This document shows positions 8,357 to 17,638 of a stretch of DNA of 40,878 bases, piece after piece (the stretch's first letter is position 1; each line of letters starts with the position of its first letter). The DNA is from a virus. Lineage: Duplodnaviria; Heunggongvirae; Uroviricota; Caudoviricetes. Where the stretch lies: IMG/VR virus record IMGVR_UViG_2541047787_000006, positions 1-40,878 of that record, one strand, 5' to 3'. Position numbers and translations under genes: made by a program. Under the pieces are notes generated by a model that saw only the letters and a program-made list of their open reading frames with translations, did no database searches and was not told the origin of the DNA.

Positions 8357-8876
8357 TAAAAATCAAATTGTCAGATATAAGGGTCGAGTATTGCATACGC
8401 AAAATTTCTCGGCCCTTTGTGCATCTGATCTTGAGCTGAAGAAAGTATCTGATGCCTTTGCCCAGTATTGGAAAACGGGATACCATCCATCTCTTGGTAA
8501 AGATGCTGCATTTGCTCGTCCGACAGAAATGCTTAAACTAAATGTCAGGCATACTCATGTCGATAACCAAGACTATATTCCAGAAGATAGTGATAAAAAA
8601 CACACTGGTAAAAAATCATCTTGGGATGCATGGAAAAATATAGCGTCTGTACAAGTAAAATGCATACCAACAAGTGATTGCTTTTTAGTTTATTCGGTAA
8701 ATCACAATCGTGATGCGCTGGTTATGTTTTTTGTTGACGCAGATGCTCACAACATAACTGAGCAAGAAGAGTTTAAAGAGGCAGCAATCACTATCAGTTA
8801 TCAATTCTTTGAGAAAACAAAAACAGAACCAATGCCTTTAGAAGAAGATCTTTTTTCTGATAAATGGAAGGAATAG
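8331..8876 (+). CDS. YafO-like toxin-domain protein, module 2 (paralog of 6010-6516)
   Basis: AAGGA RBS 5 nt upstream of the ATG at 8331; shares W.TGYH, LGKD..F.RP.EML, RHTHVD, IPTSD, LVYSV and DAHN motifs with the 6010 product. Confidence 0.45.
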   Translation: MSSSASQNDKNQIVRYKGRVLHTQNFSALCASDLELKKVSDAFAQYWKTGYHPSLGKDAAFARPTEMLKLNVRHTHVDNQDYIPEDSDKKHTGKKSSWDAWKNIASVQVKCIPTSDCFLVYSVNHNRDALVMFFVDADAHNITEQEEFKEAAITISYQFFEKTKTEPMPLEEDLFSDKWKE

Positions 8877-8968
8877 CCCGCGGCGCGGGCTTTTTTGTGG
8901 ACGAAACAAAAGTCAGTGCTACACTCATTAACGCCACATTGAGGTGGCTTATAGATGGAAATTTCACA

Positions 8969-9130
8969 ATGAAAAAAGCATTTGCTGCACTGTTCGTTTT
9001 GTTGTCTCTGGTAGCTTCAACTCAGGCCTTTGCCGGTCGTTGTCAGCACGACAGCGATACTGCCGCTGACGGCTCCCGCTGCGGTGGGCGTTCTGCGGAT
9101 TCCCGCCCGGGCGGCGGTGGCATTCGTTAA
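8969..9130 (+). CDS. Small secreted Cys-containing peptide (53 aa), function unknown
   Basis: Internal ATG at 8969 gives signal peptide MKKAFAALFVLLSLVASTQAFA followed by a Gly/Arg/Cys-rich tail; terminator-like hairpin directly downstream. Confidence 0.35.
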   Translation: MKKAFAALFVLLSLVASTQAFAGRCQHDSDTAADGSRCGGRSADSRPGGGGIR

Positions 9131-9136
9131 AAACAA

Positions 9137-9152
9137 GGCCGCGAAAGCGGCC
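9137..9152. terminator. Hairpin GGCCGC-GAAA-GCGGCC between convergent genes, followed by palindrome GTGACATGTCAC (9154-9165)
   Basis: GC stem with GNRA-like loop; stem nearly identical to the hairpin at 5993-6008. Confidence 0.4.
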
Positions 9153-9166
9153 TGTGACATGTCACG

Positions 9167-9727
9167 CTACATTGATATATGATTCATAAAGTAGCTTAAA
9201 GATTTACTTCCCAGAAAAGAAATTTCTTTTCCTGGATATGTCGCAATAATTGAGCATGACTTATCCCCGTTAGAGGTAACAAATCCTGAATAACCTACTT
9301 GTTCTTTACCATTTTGTTGCTTGGCTAAAAAGTAGAGGTAGCTTATCTTTTTGCCCTCTGGGTAAAACTCTGCCAAACCAGTATCGGTGATTGAATATTT
9401 TATTCTCCCGCCTTGAGTAACGTTTTCCATCTCAAGTTTAGCTATGTCTTTTCTGTTGTATTCAGCATTGATTTTCCTTTCGAAATCAATATTGTTTTCA
9501 AATGAGTAGGAAGCAACAGTCTGAATAGATGGGAACACGTTTATCTGGATGCCTCCACAGTCGGCACAGGTATAAAGGTATGAATCAGATGGAATCCCCA
9601 TAAAAGAAAACTGAGTTACCTTAAATTTATCGCTATCTCCAAAGTATTGAAGTTCGCATTTAACATTTTGCCCTGCAAAAGAAAATGCAGACATCAATAT
9701 TGAAACAAAAAATATAATTGCCTTCAT
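9167..9727 (-). CDS. Secreted or periplasmic protein of unknown function (moron)
   Basis: Signal peptide MKAIIFFVSILMSAFSFA; 4 Cys; markedly AT-rich gene between core-protein gene and cargo island. Confidence 0.55.
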   Translation of the reverse strand: MKAIIFFVSILMSAFSFAGQNVKCELQYFGDSDKFKVTQFSFMGIPSDSYLYTCADCGGIQINVFPSIQTVASYSFENNIDFERKINAEYNRKDIAKLEMENVTQGGRIKYSITDTGLAEFYPEGKKISYLYFLAKQQNGKEQVGYSGFVTSNGDKSCSIIATYPGKEISFLGSKSLSYFMNHISM

Positions 9728-9729
9728 TA

Positions 9730-12282
9730 TTATTTACCTAGCATGAACTGCGATGGTGGGATCAGAAAGTCGTTACCCTGCTCACGCTCAACACGGCGCT
9801 GATAACGCTCAAGAGAGCCTGGGTCAAGGGCATCCTGTATCCGGTTCAATATTAAACCATTCATCGCCGTACGAAGCCAGAACACGTTGAGGAATGGCGT
9901 ATTGTCAAGTGCCGTGCGATACCAGTCACCCAAATCTGCATCCCCTCTCGTGGTCTGCTGGAGCAGCGTGATAATGCTGTCAGCGTTCGATGCTGCTGGC
10001 CCCATTAGCGACGTAACCGGCCCGGCCCCCATGCGGTTGACCTCGCCAAACATGAAGTCACCCAAGATGCCAAGACCGCCCCCCTGAGATGCGGCTGCGA
10101 GAAACGTCTTGGCATCTGCCGGGCGTGGTGTTTGCCCTTTCAGCATGAGTTTTGACTGCATGGAGATATAACCAAACATAGTCGCCCAGACAAAGAGGTT
10201 TGCAGCACCAAGGAAAGCCCCCTTCCCGTTACGTAGCAGCGCATTCGTCAGCGATCCGGTTTTCGACTCACCAAGCCCAGCAGGAATATAACCACGCCCG
10301 AATACTTCGCGTCCTAGTACGTTCTGCATGAAGCTTGCAGTGAACGATTTGTACTGACCAGCGAATCGTATTGCTTCCCCAGCCACCGTTCCTGGCACCG
10401 TGCCCATCTTCATAAACGCCTGCGTGCGATCGCCAGGCTCTGACATGGCGATATTCAGGCGGTCAAGGATGTAGCCGCGCAACTGCCCTTCCAATTGATC
10501 GCGTGCGTCAGCGATAGCGCGCTGCGTTGGTTTGATCCCCTTACTCTCTACATAACCGGCAATCACTTCGTCAGGCACGCCGCGGATGCCGCTGGTCGTC
10601 ATGAACTTACGACCTTCGCTATCGGCCATGTCCATGTTGCGAAAAATTTCCCACTCACGTTCGCCAATACCGTGCATATCCAGCACGCGTCGCAGGTCTT
10701 CCGGTAGACGCGCATGAGACTGGTCAGCATTCTTTGCAAGCCAGTTGGTTATCATCATGGCGTTGCTGTTGCGACCGCTCTCGGTCCAGAAGTTCATGAG
10801 GTTGTACTTAAAGAAAAGCTGCTGCGCGCGACCAAGCTTTCCATTCAGCGTGTCATCACCAGATATGCGTCGGATGATTTCCTGCGTCATGGAGTCGGAA
10901 TAAACTCCGATAGAGGAAAGGATCTCTTTCTGCTCCGCGCTGTTGTAACGCGTGAAGCGGCCTCTCATAGCACCAAGCAACGCCTGCATAAAATTCTGCC
11001 CTTGGTAGCGCATCTCGGTAGCGGCGATAGGCACGTCGTTAAACGATGAGATTACCGCGCCACCAAGTTGGCTCATACGCAACCAGCCGCGTACAGCCGC
11101 CGACGCATTGGCCCAGCCTACGCTGCCAGGAATATTTAGCGAGCCGTCAACCTGCGGCATTACGGTACGGTTAATGCGACGCACCTTCGTCATGTAGTCA
11201 GCCAACGCTGCCGGTCTTCCGGATTTGCTGATATCTTCAGCAATGGCGTCCGTCAGGTACTTAAACATGTTCTGTGGGTTAGTGCCCAGTACGCGCATCA
11301 TGCCCGTTGTGCGGGCAGCGCTGTTTAAGCCACCAAACAGCGCTTCTCGCAGGCTGCCGGTGCCGAATTGCTGGTTGTACTCGTGCCACGAGATACCATC
11401 TTTGAAGTGCAAAATTCGCTCTTGGCTGGCGCGTTTAGCTGCGTTCGCCGATCCCTTAAAGCCATTCATCCAATCGGGCTTTTCAGATGTAAGATGCACG
11501 CCGGAAGCCAGCCCGTTATAAATGTTACGCATGAACTGCTCGCGGTCAGCCACGCCGTCAAAAGTGCGCTCATCAAGGCGCGGGAGAATAGCATTTCGCC
11601 ATGCTTCATAACCTGCGGCGCGGATCTTCATGATGTCGTGTGACTGGCGCACTATATATCCCGGCTCTTTGCGTATCCATGCCCCGGCGCGGTTCTCATC
11701 AATGCGCGCAGTTTCCTGCCATTTCATGATGATTTGTGCAGCGCTTACGGATTGCTTTGTCATACCGTCAGTTGACTGCCCGCGCCCTATGCGCCACATT
11801 GCATCGGCAATTTCCCGGTCATTGCTGCCGCTGGCGATGAATTGCACCAGCCCGGCACGGTCAAAATCGTAGTTGATACCGGAATGATACTTGCCGCGCA
11901 GTTGCGCCACCTCCGAAGATACCGACCGGCGGGCGCCGGTACGCGCATCGTTGCGGCCAACCAGCATTGCTTCAAGCCCGATATCCGGGCGGTCTTTCCA
12001 GATAGTACGAAGCTCTCTAAGTCGTTGTGCGGCAATACGGGCGTTGATTGCCTTATTGCGAGCCTCAATCTGTTTTGCCAGCATATCGGCATTGCTCAGT
12101 TCTTCCGCTGCGCGCATCGCGGCCTCTTCCAGAGACAGCGCCTCATTGGTCGCCAGAATTCGCCTAGTGGTGTCGTTCATGTCACGCACCAGCGACTCCA
12201 TCTCATCGGAAGAAAGCTCGCGACCAGCGGCAGCATTTACACTGCGCTCGCACTGCGTCAAAAATTCGTTTGCTGCCATCAC
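9730..12282 (-). CDS. Large internal virion (ejection) protein
   Basis: 850 aa; last gene of the internal core block in T7-like gene order; no recognisable enzymatic motif. Confidence 0.55.
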   Translation of the reverse strand: MMAANEFLTQCERSVNAAAGRELSSDEMESLVRDMNDTTRRILATNEALSLEEAAMRAAEELSNADMLAKQIEARNKAINARIAAQRLRELRTIWKDRPDIGLEAMLVGRNDARTGARRSVSSEVAQLRGKYHSGINYDFDRAGLVQFIASGSNDREIADAMWRIGRGQSTDGMTKQSVSAAQIIMKWQETARIDENRAGAWIRKEPGYIVRQSHDIMKIRAAGYEAWRNAILPRLDERTFDGVADREQFMRNIYNGLASGVHLTSEKPDWMNGFKGSANAAKRASQERILHFKDGISWHEYNQQFGTGSLREALFGGLNSAARTTGMMRVLGTNPQNMFKYLTDAIAEDISKSGRPAALADYMTKVRRINRTVMPQVDGSLNIPGSVGWANASAAVRGWLRMSQLGGAVISSFNDVPIAATEMRYQGQNFMQALLGAMRGRFTRYNSAEQKEILSSIGVYSDSMTQEIIRRISGDDTLNGKLGRAQQLFFKYNLMNFWTESGRNSNAMMITNWLAKNADQSHARLPEDLRRVLDMHGIGEREWEIFRNMDMADSEGRKFMTTSGIRGVPDEVIAGYVESKGIKPTQRAIADARDQLEGQLRGYILDRLNIAMSEPGDRTQAFMKMGTVPGTVAGEAIRFAGQYKSFTASFMQNVLGREVFGRGYIPAGLGESKTGSLTNALLRNGKGAFLGAANLFVWATMFGYISMQSKLMLKGQTPRPADAKTFLAAASQGGGLGILGDFMFGEVNRMGAGPVTSLMGPAASNADSIITLLQQTTRGDADLGDWYRTALDNTPFLNVFWLRTAMNGLILNRIQDALDPGSLERYQRRVEREQGNDFLIPPSQFMLGK

Positions 12283-13976
12283 ATCCCCCGGTTAATCATA
12301 CAGGCGGCAAATGCCCGGAAAGCGTTGCTCATGCTATTGTCGCTGGCGTCGGCACGAATATCATTGAGTTTCTGGCGCAACGTGGTCGCAAGATCAGGGT
12401 TATCGACAGCGATATCGTCAAGCAGGGCGTTACTCAGGTTGAGCTCGTTATCAAGGTCTGCAGCGGCAGCGGTAATTTCATGATCTGCCTTTTGCGTTTC
12501 TTGATAAACCCGATCGGCTGTTTCGCTTGCTGGGCTGGCCGTTTCATCAACCTGCCGTGCCGGGTTCTGTATGCGATGGATGGCGCGTTCACGCAGTGCC
12601 GGTTTGTGCAGTTCATAGAAGGGCTCAACATCTGGGCTACGTCCTTCCATCATGTGTGCCAGCGCAGCGCGATACGCCTGCTGGTTCACGTTCCAGTCAG
12701 CATCCCTGATGGCGCTTGCGGCAGTGCGAACTGCGCCAGCGACCGGCGACATCTGCATGCCGTCCAGGATCTGCTGCGCACGCTCGGAAATGGTGACTTT
12801 CAGGTCGTCGGGGATCTCGCCGCGGGAAATCTGAGACTGGCGCCAGCGCGCCTGCTCTGCTGTCGCGTTCTGCTCCAGCGATGTGTTGATCTCCTGATTG
12901 CGTGCAGCGATGGCGTCTTTCTCGGCCTGAATCTCTTTCAGTGCCCTAGAGCGCGCATCCTTAAACTTCATCCGCTGCCCCTGATACTTTTTGGTGCGCT
13001 GCTGCAGCGTCGCATCAAGCGAGTCAGCATGACGTTGATTAGCCGCAAGCTCGGCACGCAGGTCGGCAACGTTACCGATCTGCCCGCTCTGTAACTCCTG
13101 CTGGCGCGCCATATAGTCAGGAACCACGTCGTCATAAGCCCGGCTGTATGCGTAGCTCTCCGCTTCACTGGAAATGGCCGCCGCCAGATCTGCGTTAGCG
13201 CCAACCTCAGGGATATTCACGCCCGCCGGAATGTTGTCAGGCGTTATCACCGGGGTTGGCTGCGCATCGACAGAAAACGCCGGGGACTCTCCCGTTGCAG
13301 CATCGGGAACGCGACGCGGTCGCACGATATCGGCGATAAGGCCGCCGCCGGCATGCATTAGACCGCCAGCCATCGTGTTAAAGAAAGTACTTTCCAACGC
13401 GTTGCTATAGGTGAAGTCGTCACCTTCCGCCGCCGCTGCCAGCCCGGTAAGCGGCACGGTCACCACCGCCTGCGCTGCCCCCATGCGTGCACCAGCAACA
13501 AATCGCTCGCCAAATCGGCCAAGCACAGAAGCCGCCTTTGCTTCTCCAGCGAACGGAACCAGCGCCAGCGCCACGTTACCAGGATCTGCCATTGAACCAG
13601 CTAGGCTGGCTGCGAAATTAAGCGGCGTGGCTACCCACCCGCTCGGTGACGACATCGCGATCTGCTGGCGTGCCAGAGAATCTTTGCGTTCGGCAATAAC
13701 ATGATCGAGAAAAGCCTGCGTAACGCCAGAATCTGGCACGTTTATGCTCTTTACGCCGTACTGCTTCAGGAGCTCATCCGCTTCCTGCTTACTGATAACT
13801 GTAGAGTTTGGGTCATTCGCCAGCGAGTCGGCCTGCGCAAAGCGGTAGCCGGACATGACCGGCCCCTCTTCAAATCCCTGCTTAAGGGAAGAAAGCAGCG
13901 ATTCGCCAAGCCCTGCTGGCGCGTTGCCAATTGGCTGGTTAATTCCCTGTCCCGGATCATCTGTGTAAATTGGCAT
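12279..13976 (-). CDS. Internal virion protein
   Basis: 565 aa, Ala/Gln-rich with coiled-coil segments; position within the core-protein block. Confidence 0.5.
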   Translation of the reverse strand: MPIYTDDPGQGINQPIGNAPAGLGESLLSSLKQGFEEGPVMSGYRFAQADSLANDPNSTVISKQEADELLKQYGVKSINVPDSGVTQAFLDHVIAERKDSLARQQIAMSSPSGWVATPLNFAASLAGSMADPGNVALALVPFAGEAKAASVLGRFGERFVAGARMGAAQAVVTVPLTGLAAAAEGDDFTYSNALESTFFNTMAGGLMHAGGGLIADIVRPRRVPDAATGESPAFSVDAQPTPVITPDNIPAGVNIPEVGANADLAAAISSEAESYAYSRAYDDVVPDYMARQQELQSGQIGNVADLRAELAANQRHADSLDATLQQRTKKYQGQRMKFKDARSRALKEIQAEKDAIAARNQEINTSLEQNATAEQARWRQSQISRGEIPDDLKVTISERAQQILDGMQMSPVAGAVRTAASAIRDADWNVNQQAYRAALAHMMEGRSPDVEPFYELHKPALRERAIHRIQNPARQVDETASPASETADRVYQETQKADHEITAAAADLDNELNLSNALLDDIAVDNPDLATTLRQKLNDIRADASDNSMSNAFRAFAACMINRGM

Positions 13977-13977
13977 G

Positions 13978-16599
13978 TTATCGTCCTGATTGCTGGCCGT
14001 TCTGGAAAATGTTAATCAGGTTGTCGCGCTGACTTTCTGCGCTGTATTCCTTAGACTGTCCGGGAGTATATTTCACCGGAGTATCAATGAACTTGGTAAT
14101 GCTGTTCCATACTGATCGGTTGGTTGTTCCCAGTTTCGCCAGATCGTTGAACGGCACCGTAATCGGGTTGCCGTCGGCACCGTTGACGATCAGCCCGTTG
14201 AGCATCAGGGTAAGTCCTGTTTCGTCGCTGTTGGTAACCCACTGCGCATTATCACGAATGCGGGAGATACTCTGCTCACGGTTGACCTCATCAGGTAGCC
14301 TTGGGTCACCAATAAGCGGCATAATCTGATCTGCTGACAGGTTTTTCAGATACGCATTGGCACCATCGTTAACGTCACGAATATCTATCCCTGCACGCTT
14401 AGGTAGCCGCCAAGTGCCATTGGTCTGGTACTGCTCGCCGAGGATGTCCTGATACGCCTGTTTTGCTGCATCAGACGCCGACATTCCGCGCTGCATGTTG
14501 ATGTAAGTAAGTCGTTTTCCCTGCTCGTTGAAGTTATTCCACACTGCAGTGCCACCAGGCTGAACAACCATCGTGCCAGCAAAATCTTTCGATTGGTCAT
14601 TCCATGACGAGTCGGCGCTATCCGCGTCAGTTTTCTCAAGACTGCCGCGTAAGTCAGCAGTTTTAACGCTACGGTTTTGCCAGAGCGCATTTGCCGCGCG
14701 CGGGTTCTCGGTAGCCATGACAACCTGCAACGCAGGATAAGCGCTCTTCTGAACCTGCTGCATCACCTGATCCGAGTATTTGCCGAACGACTGCGCCACC
14801 GACTGAATGGCCTTTACGCTAGATTCCTGCGTGTTGTCAATACGCTGCAGTACGTCGTTGACCATGGACTCCGGTAAAACTTTTTTGCTCATTATCCCCA
14901 GGCGGTCTTTTTCAGACTGTATGCGGGAAACTAGGTATTCACCAGATGAAGGGTCATTCAGGTACTGCTGGAATGCAGCCTGCACAACCGGAGAGTTTTG
15001 TTGCAGCCATGCCCCCGGATCCGCTTCCCGCGCCTTCAGTACCTGCCCAAGCTTGACCTTTGCCGATGCATAAAGCTCTGCTTTGTATTTAAAGTCAGGG
15101 TCGTTTTCCTGCGGTGCAATTGCCTGCACGGCGGCGGTACCCTGCTGAACGTTGCCCTGCATAATGGTCTGATAAACAGGTTGTAGCGTCATTGCCTGCT
15201 GGTATTGCTGGAAGGTTTTTTCCATCTGCAGGCGCTCGGCAGGCGCTGCCTGAAGCGGCATAACGGCGGCCCATTCGTGCGCTGAAATAGGCGTCACCTG
15301 CTTACCGGCCTCAATTTTGGATAGGTCGTCCTGCATTCGACTCTGTAGCGCAACGCGACCGGCTGAAGCCTGCATGTCGTACATGCCAGCAACCTTGCTC
15401 ATCATCTGCGACTTTTTGTCCGGACTCATGGCGTTCCAGAATGGCTGTGCGATGAGGTTTTCCATCGTCGCAGATCCAGGAATAGCTCCAGCACTGCCAG
15501 TTACTTTTGCCACATAATTGCGCGTCTCGTCGTATGGGATAGCTGCGGCAAACTGGGCGTTACTGACTTCGCCTGTGCGCGGATCGCCAATCTGTTTAAT
15601 CCAGCCGTCAACCTTTCCTGGGCCAGCGTTATAGGCAGCTACTGCCAGAACCGGGTTATTGTCGTATTTCTTCATCTGCGCGCCGAAATAAGCTTGCCCC
15701 AAGCGGGCATTATAGCGCGGGTCATTCAACCATTTATCTCGGTCCCACGGCACGCCAGCAAGGCGGGCAGCTTCGGGGCCAGTATCTTCCGTCACCTGCG
15801 CTACGCCAACAGCGCCTTTTGGCGACACCAGAGGTGTTCCGTCCTTTCCGTACTGATTTCCGCCACTCTCCTGCCAGATTATTGCAGAGAATAACTGCGC
15901 CTCACTCGGTGTATCGGTTACCTCAATCTTGCCGTTCGGACCCATCATCTGTTGATACATCGGCACATACCACGCCTCCGCCGCACCGTTCGCGGCATTC
16001 TCGCGCCACGAAACCCAGTTCTGTTCGATCTCTTCCTGACTTTGGCCGTGGGCTTCGCCGTAAGCGATGATGCTATGATATGCCTTCAATCCTGCCTGGT
16101 TTGCCATTGTCGGGTTACGGAACTGCATCGATAGGTTTTTTAGTGTCGCATCCTGCATATCCGCCTCATACTGGCGAACCTGTCCTATTTCGTACCTCCC
16201 GGCCTGCGTAGTGAACTGAATGCGCTGCTGCTGCGCCTGCTGCATGAAAGCATTACGAGCCTGTTCATCCGGCAGCGACATAGCCAGTTGTTCGACCTGA
16301 GCATCAAACTGCTGCGTATACTCCTGACCTTTTCCAATAGCATTTTTCCCTTTCAGGTTAAGCAAACCTGTTTCAGGGTTATTCAGCAGATCGCTGCCTG
16401 TCTGACTGAGTTTAAGGGATGCCTCCTGAACCAAGGCAATATTGGCACGCTGTTTTGCCTGACCCAGAACATCAATTGCCTCTGTCCCTGCCCGAACAAA
16501 AGCATCACTAATACCTGGCTGAGAAAACGTCTGCAAGCCTGCTGACTGAACTCCACGACTCTCAACCTGACGTCCCGATGTTGTTGGTACAACTGGCAT
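13978..16599 (-). CDS. Internal virion protein with soluble lytic transglycosylase (SLT) domain
   Basis: SLT motifs IWQESGGNQ, GAVGVAQV and AAYNAGPGKV; position equivalent to T7 gp15/gp16. Confidence 0.75.
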   Translation of the reverse strand: MPVVPTTSGRQVESRGVQSAGLQTFSQPGISDAFVRAGTEAIDVLGQAKQRANIALVQEASLKLSQTGSDLLNNPETGLLNLKGKNAIGKGQEYTQQFDAQVEQLAMSLPDEQARNAFMQQAQQQRIQFTTQAGRYEIGQVRQYEADMQDATLKNLSMQFRNPTMANQAGLKAYHSIIAYGEAHGQSQEEIEQNWVSWRENAANGAAEAWYVPMYQQMMGPNGKIEVTDTPSEAQLFSAIIWQESGGNQYGKDGTPLVSPKGAVGVAQVTEDTGPEAARLAGVPWDRDKWLNDPRYNARLGQAYFGAQMKKYDNNPVLAVAAYNAGPGKVDGWIKQIGDPRTGEVSNAQFAAAIPYDETRNYVAKVTGSAGAIPGSATMENLIAQPFWNAMSPDKKSQMMSKVAGMYDMQASAGRVALQSRMQDDLSKIEAGKQVTPISAHEWAAVMPLQAAPAERLQMEKTFQQYQQAMTLQPVYQTIMQGNVQQGTAAVQAIAPQENDPDFKYKAELYASAKVKLGQVLKAREADPGAWLQQNSPVVQAAFQQYLNDPSSGEYLVSRIQSEKDRLGIMSKKVLPESMVNDVLQRIDNTQESSVKAIQSVAQSFGKYSDQVMQQVQKSAYPALQVVMATENPRAANALWQNRSVKTADLRGSLEKTDADSADSSWNDQSKDFAGTMVVQPGGTAVWNNFNEQGKRLTYINMQRGMSASDAAKQAYQDILGEQYQTNGTWRLPKRAGIDIRDVNDGANAYLKNLSADQIMPLIGDPRLPDEVNREQSISRIRDNAQWVTNSDETGLTLMLNGLIVNGADGNPITVPFNDLAKLGTTNRSVWNSITKFIDTPVKYTPGQSKEYSAESQRDNLINIFQNGQQSGR

Positions 16600-17174
16600 C
16601 AGTAACCTCCTATTTTGAATCGGGAGTCAGAATTCATAAAACCTGAGTTAGATAACATTGGCGTCCCACCACTAGATGTACTTCCTTTAGAGAACGGACT
16701 CCACGTCCCACCAAACATCTGGTACGCACCGTATGCCTTCAGAGGCGCAGTGAGCAATGTTGTTGCTGCTCCCACATTCCCCTGTTTACGGGCTGAACTG
16801 GCTTCTGCTTTATAGTTGGCAGCCTGAACCTGATAACCGTAAGCCTCGCGTTGCGCGTTATTCGCCGTCGTCAGAGAATCAAGAGCGCCAAACTGAGCAG
16901 TGTCGCCAAATATATCCAGCGCATTACCTGTAGATAAATCAGCGCCGGTAGCCCCCATTGTCGCCGCCTGTGTACCAAGCCGCTGTCGGGTCTCTCTGCG
17001 CCGTTGCTCAGCTTCAGCGTTACCTCTGTTTATTGCATCATTTGCCTGAGCTGTGGCTATATCTGCGTTCGCTTCTGCAACCTTCGAGGCATACTTTCCC
17101 TGTTGGTACTGGGTGTATGCCTGAATGCCACTCATGGCGAGCATTGCGCCACCAGCAATAACCGGATCGCACAT
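16599..17174 (-). CDS. Internal virion protein (gp14-like position)
   Basis: 191 aa, Ala/Gln-rich; position and size match T7 gp14. Confidence 0.45.
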   Translation of the reverse strand: MCDPVIAGGAMLAMSGIQAYTQYQQGKYASKVAEANADIATAQANDAINRGNAEAEQRRRETRQRLGTQAATMGATGADLSTGNALDIFGDTAQFGALDSLTTANNAQREAYGYQVQAANYKAEASSARKQGNVGAATTLLTAPLKAYGAYQMFGGTWSPFSKGSTSSGGTPMLSNSGFMNSDSRFKIGGY

Positions 17175-17638
17175 TATTTTCTCTCCATGTGAAATCTGTG
17201 GAAATTAAGACCAAGAGCACCATAAGGCGCGGCTTCTTCAAGCCTGAATCCAAGCCAGTGCAGCCATGCTTTGGCAACATGGTTTCGCTCGTCGACATAG
17301 TTTTCCAGGCGCGGATAAACTGCCAGCATCTGCTGCAATACAGGGCGGCAGTGGCGAAGAAATGTCTTCTGATATTTTTCGATACGGCTGGTTCCGACCA
17401 GCCATGGCGTACCATTGCCACCGATCATTGACGCCGGAGATACGCCAAACATGGTTACCAGTTCTCCGTTCGCGAACCCTGACCAGGCCATAGTCGCAGT
17501 GCGAAGACCAACACGCAGCGCATCTTCGGTAGTCATCAGCGATACCGCATACAGTTCGTCAATATCAGCCTGACGAACATCCGGCAAAATCATCTGAAGA
17601 TGCTCTTCGGTGGCGGGAATAATTCGAACATCGATCAT
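17174..17638 (-). CDS. Internal virion or core assembly protein (gp13-like position)
   Basis: 154 aa immediately after tubular protein B; size and position match T7 gp13. Confidence 0.4.
   Translation of the reverse strand: MIDVRIIPATEEHLQMILPDVRQADIDELYAVSLMTTEDALRVGLRTATMAWSGFANGELVTMFGVSPASMIGGNGTPWLVGTSRIEKYQKTFLRHCRPVLQQMLAVYPRLENYVDERNHVAKAWLHWLGFRLEEAAPYGALGLNFHRFHMERK

Noticed and set aside
11842-13094. Long plus-strand ORFs (11842-12483, 11891-12295, 12270-13094) antisense to the internal virion protein genes
   Set aside because: They lie entirely inside well-supported minus-strand genes, have low-complexity Ala/Arg/Ser-rich translations typical of antisense reading of GC-rich coding DNA, and lack RBS context
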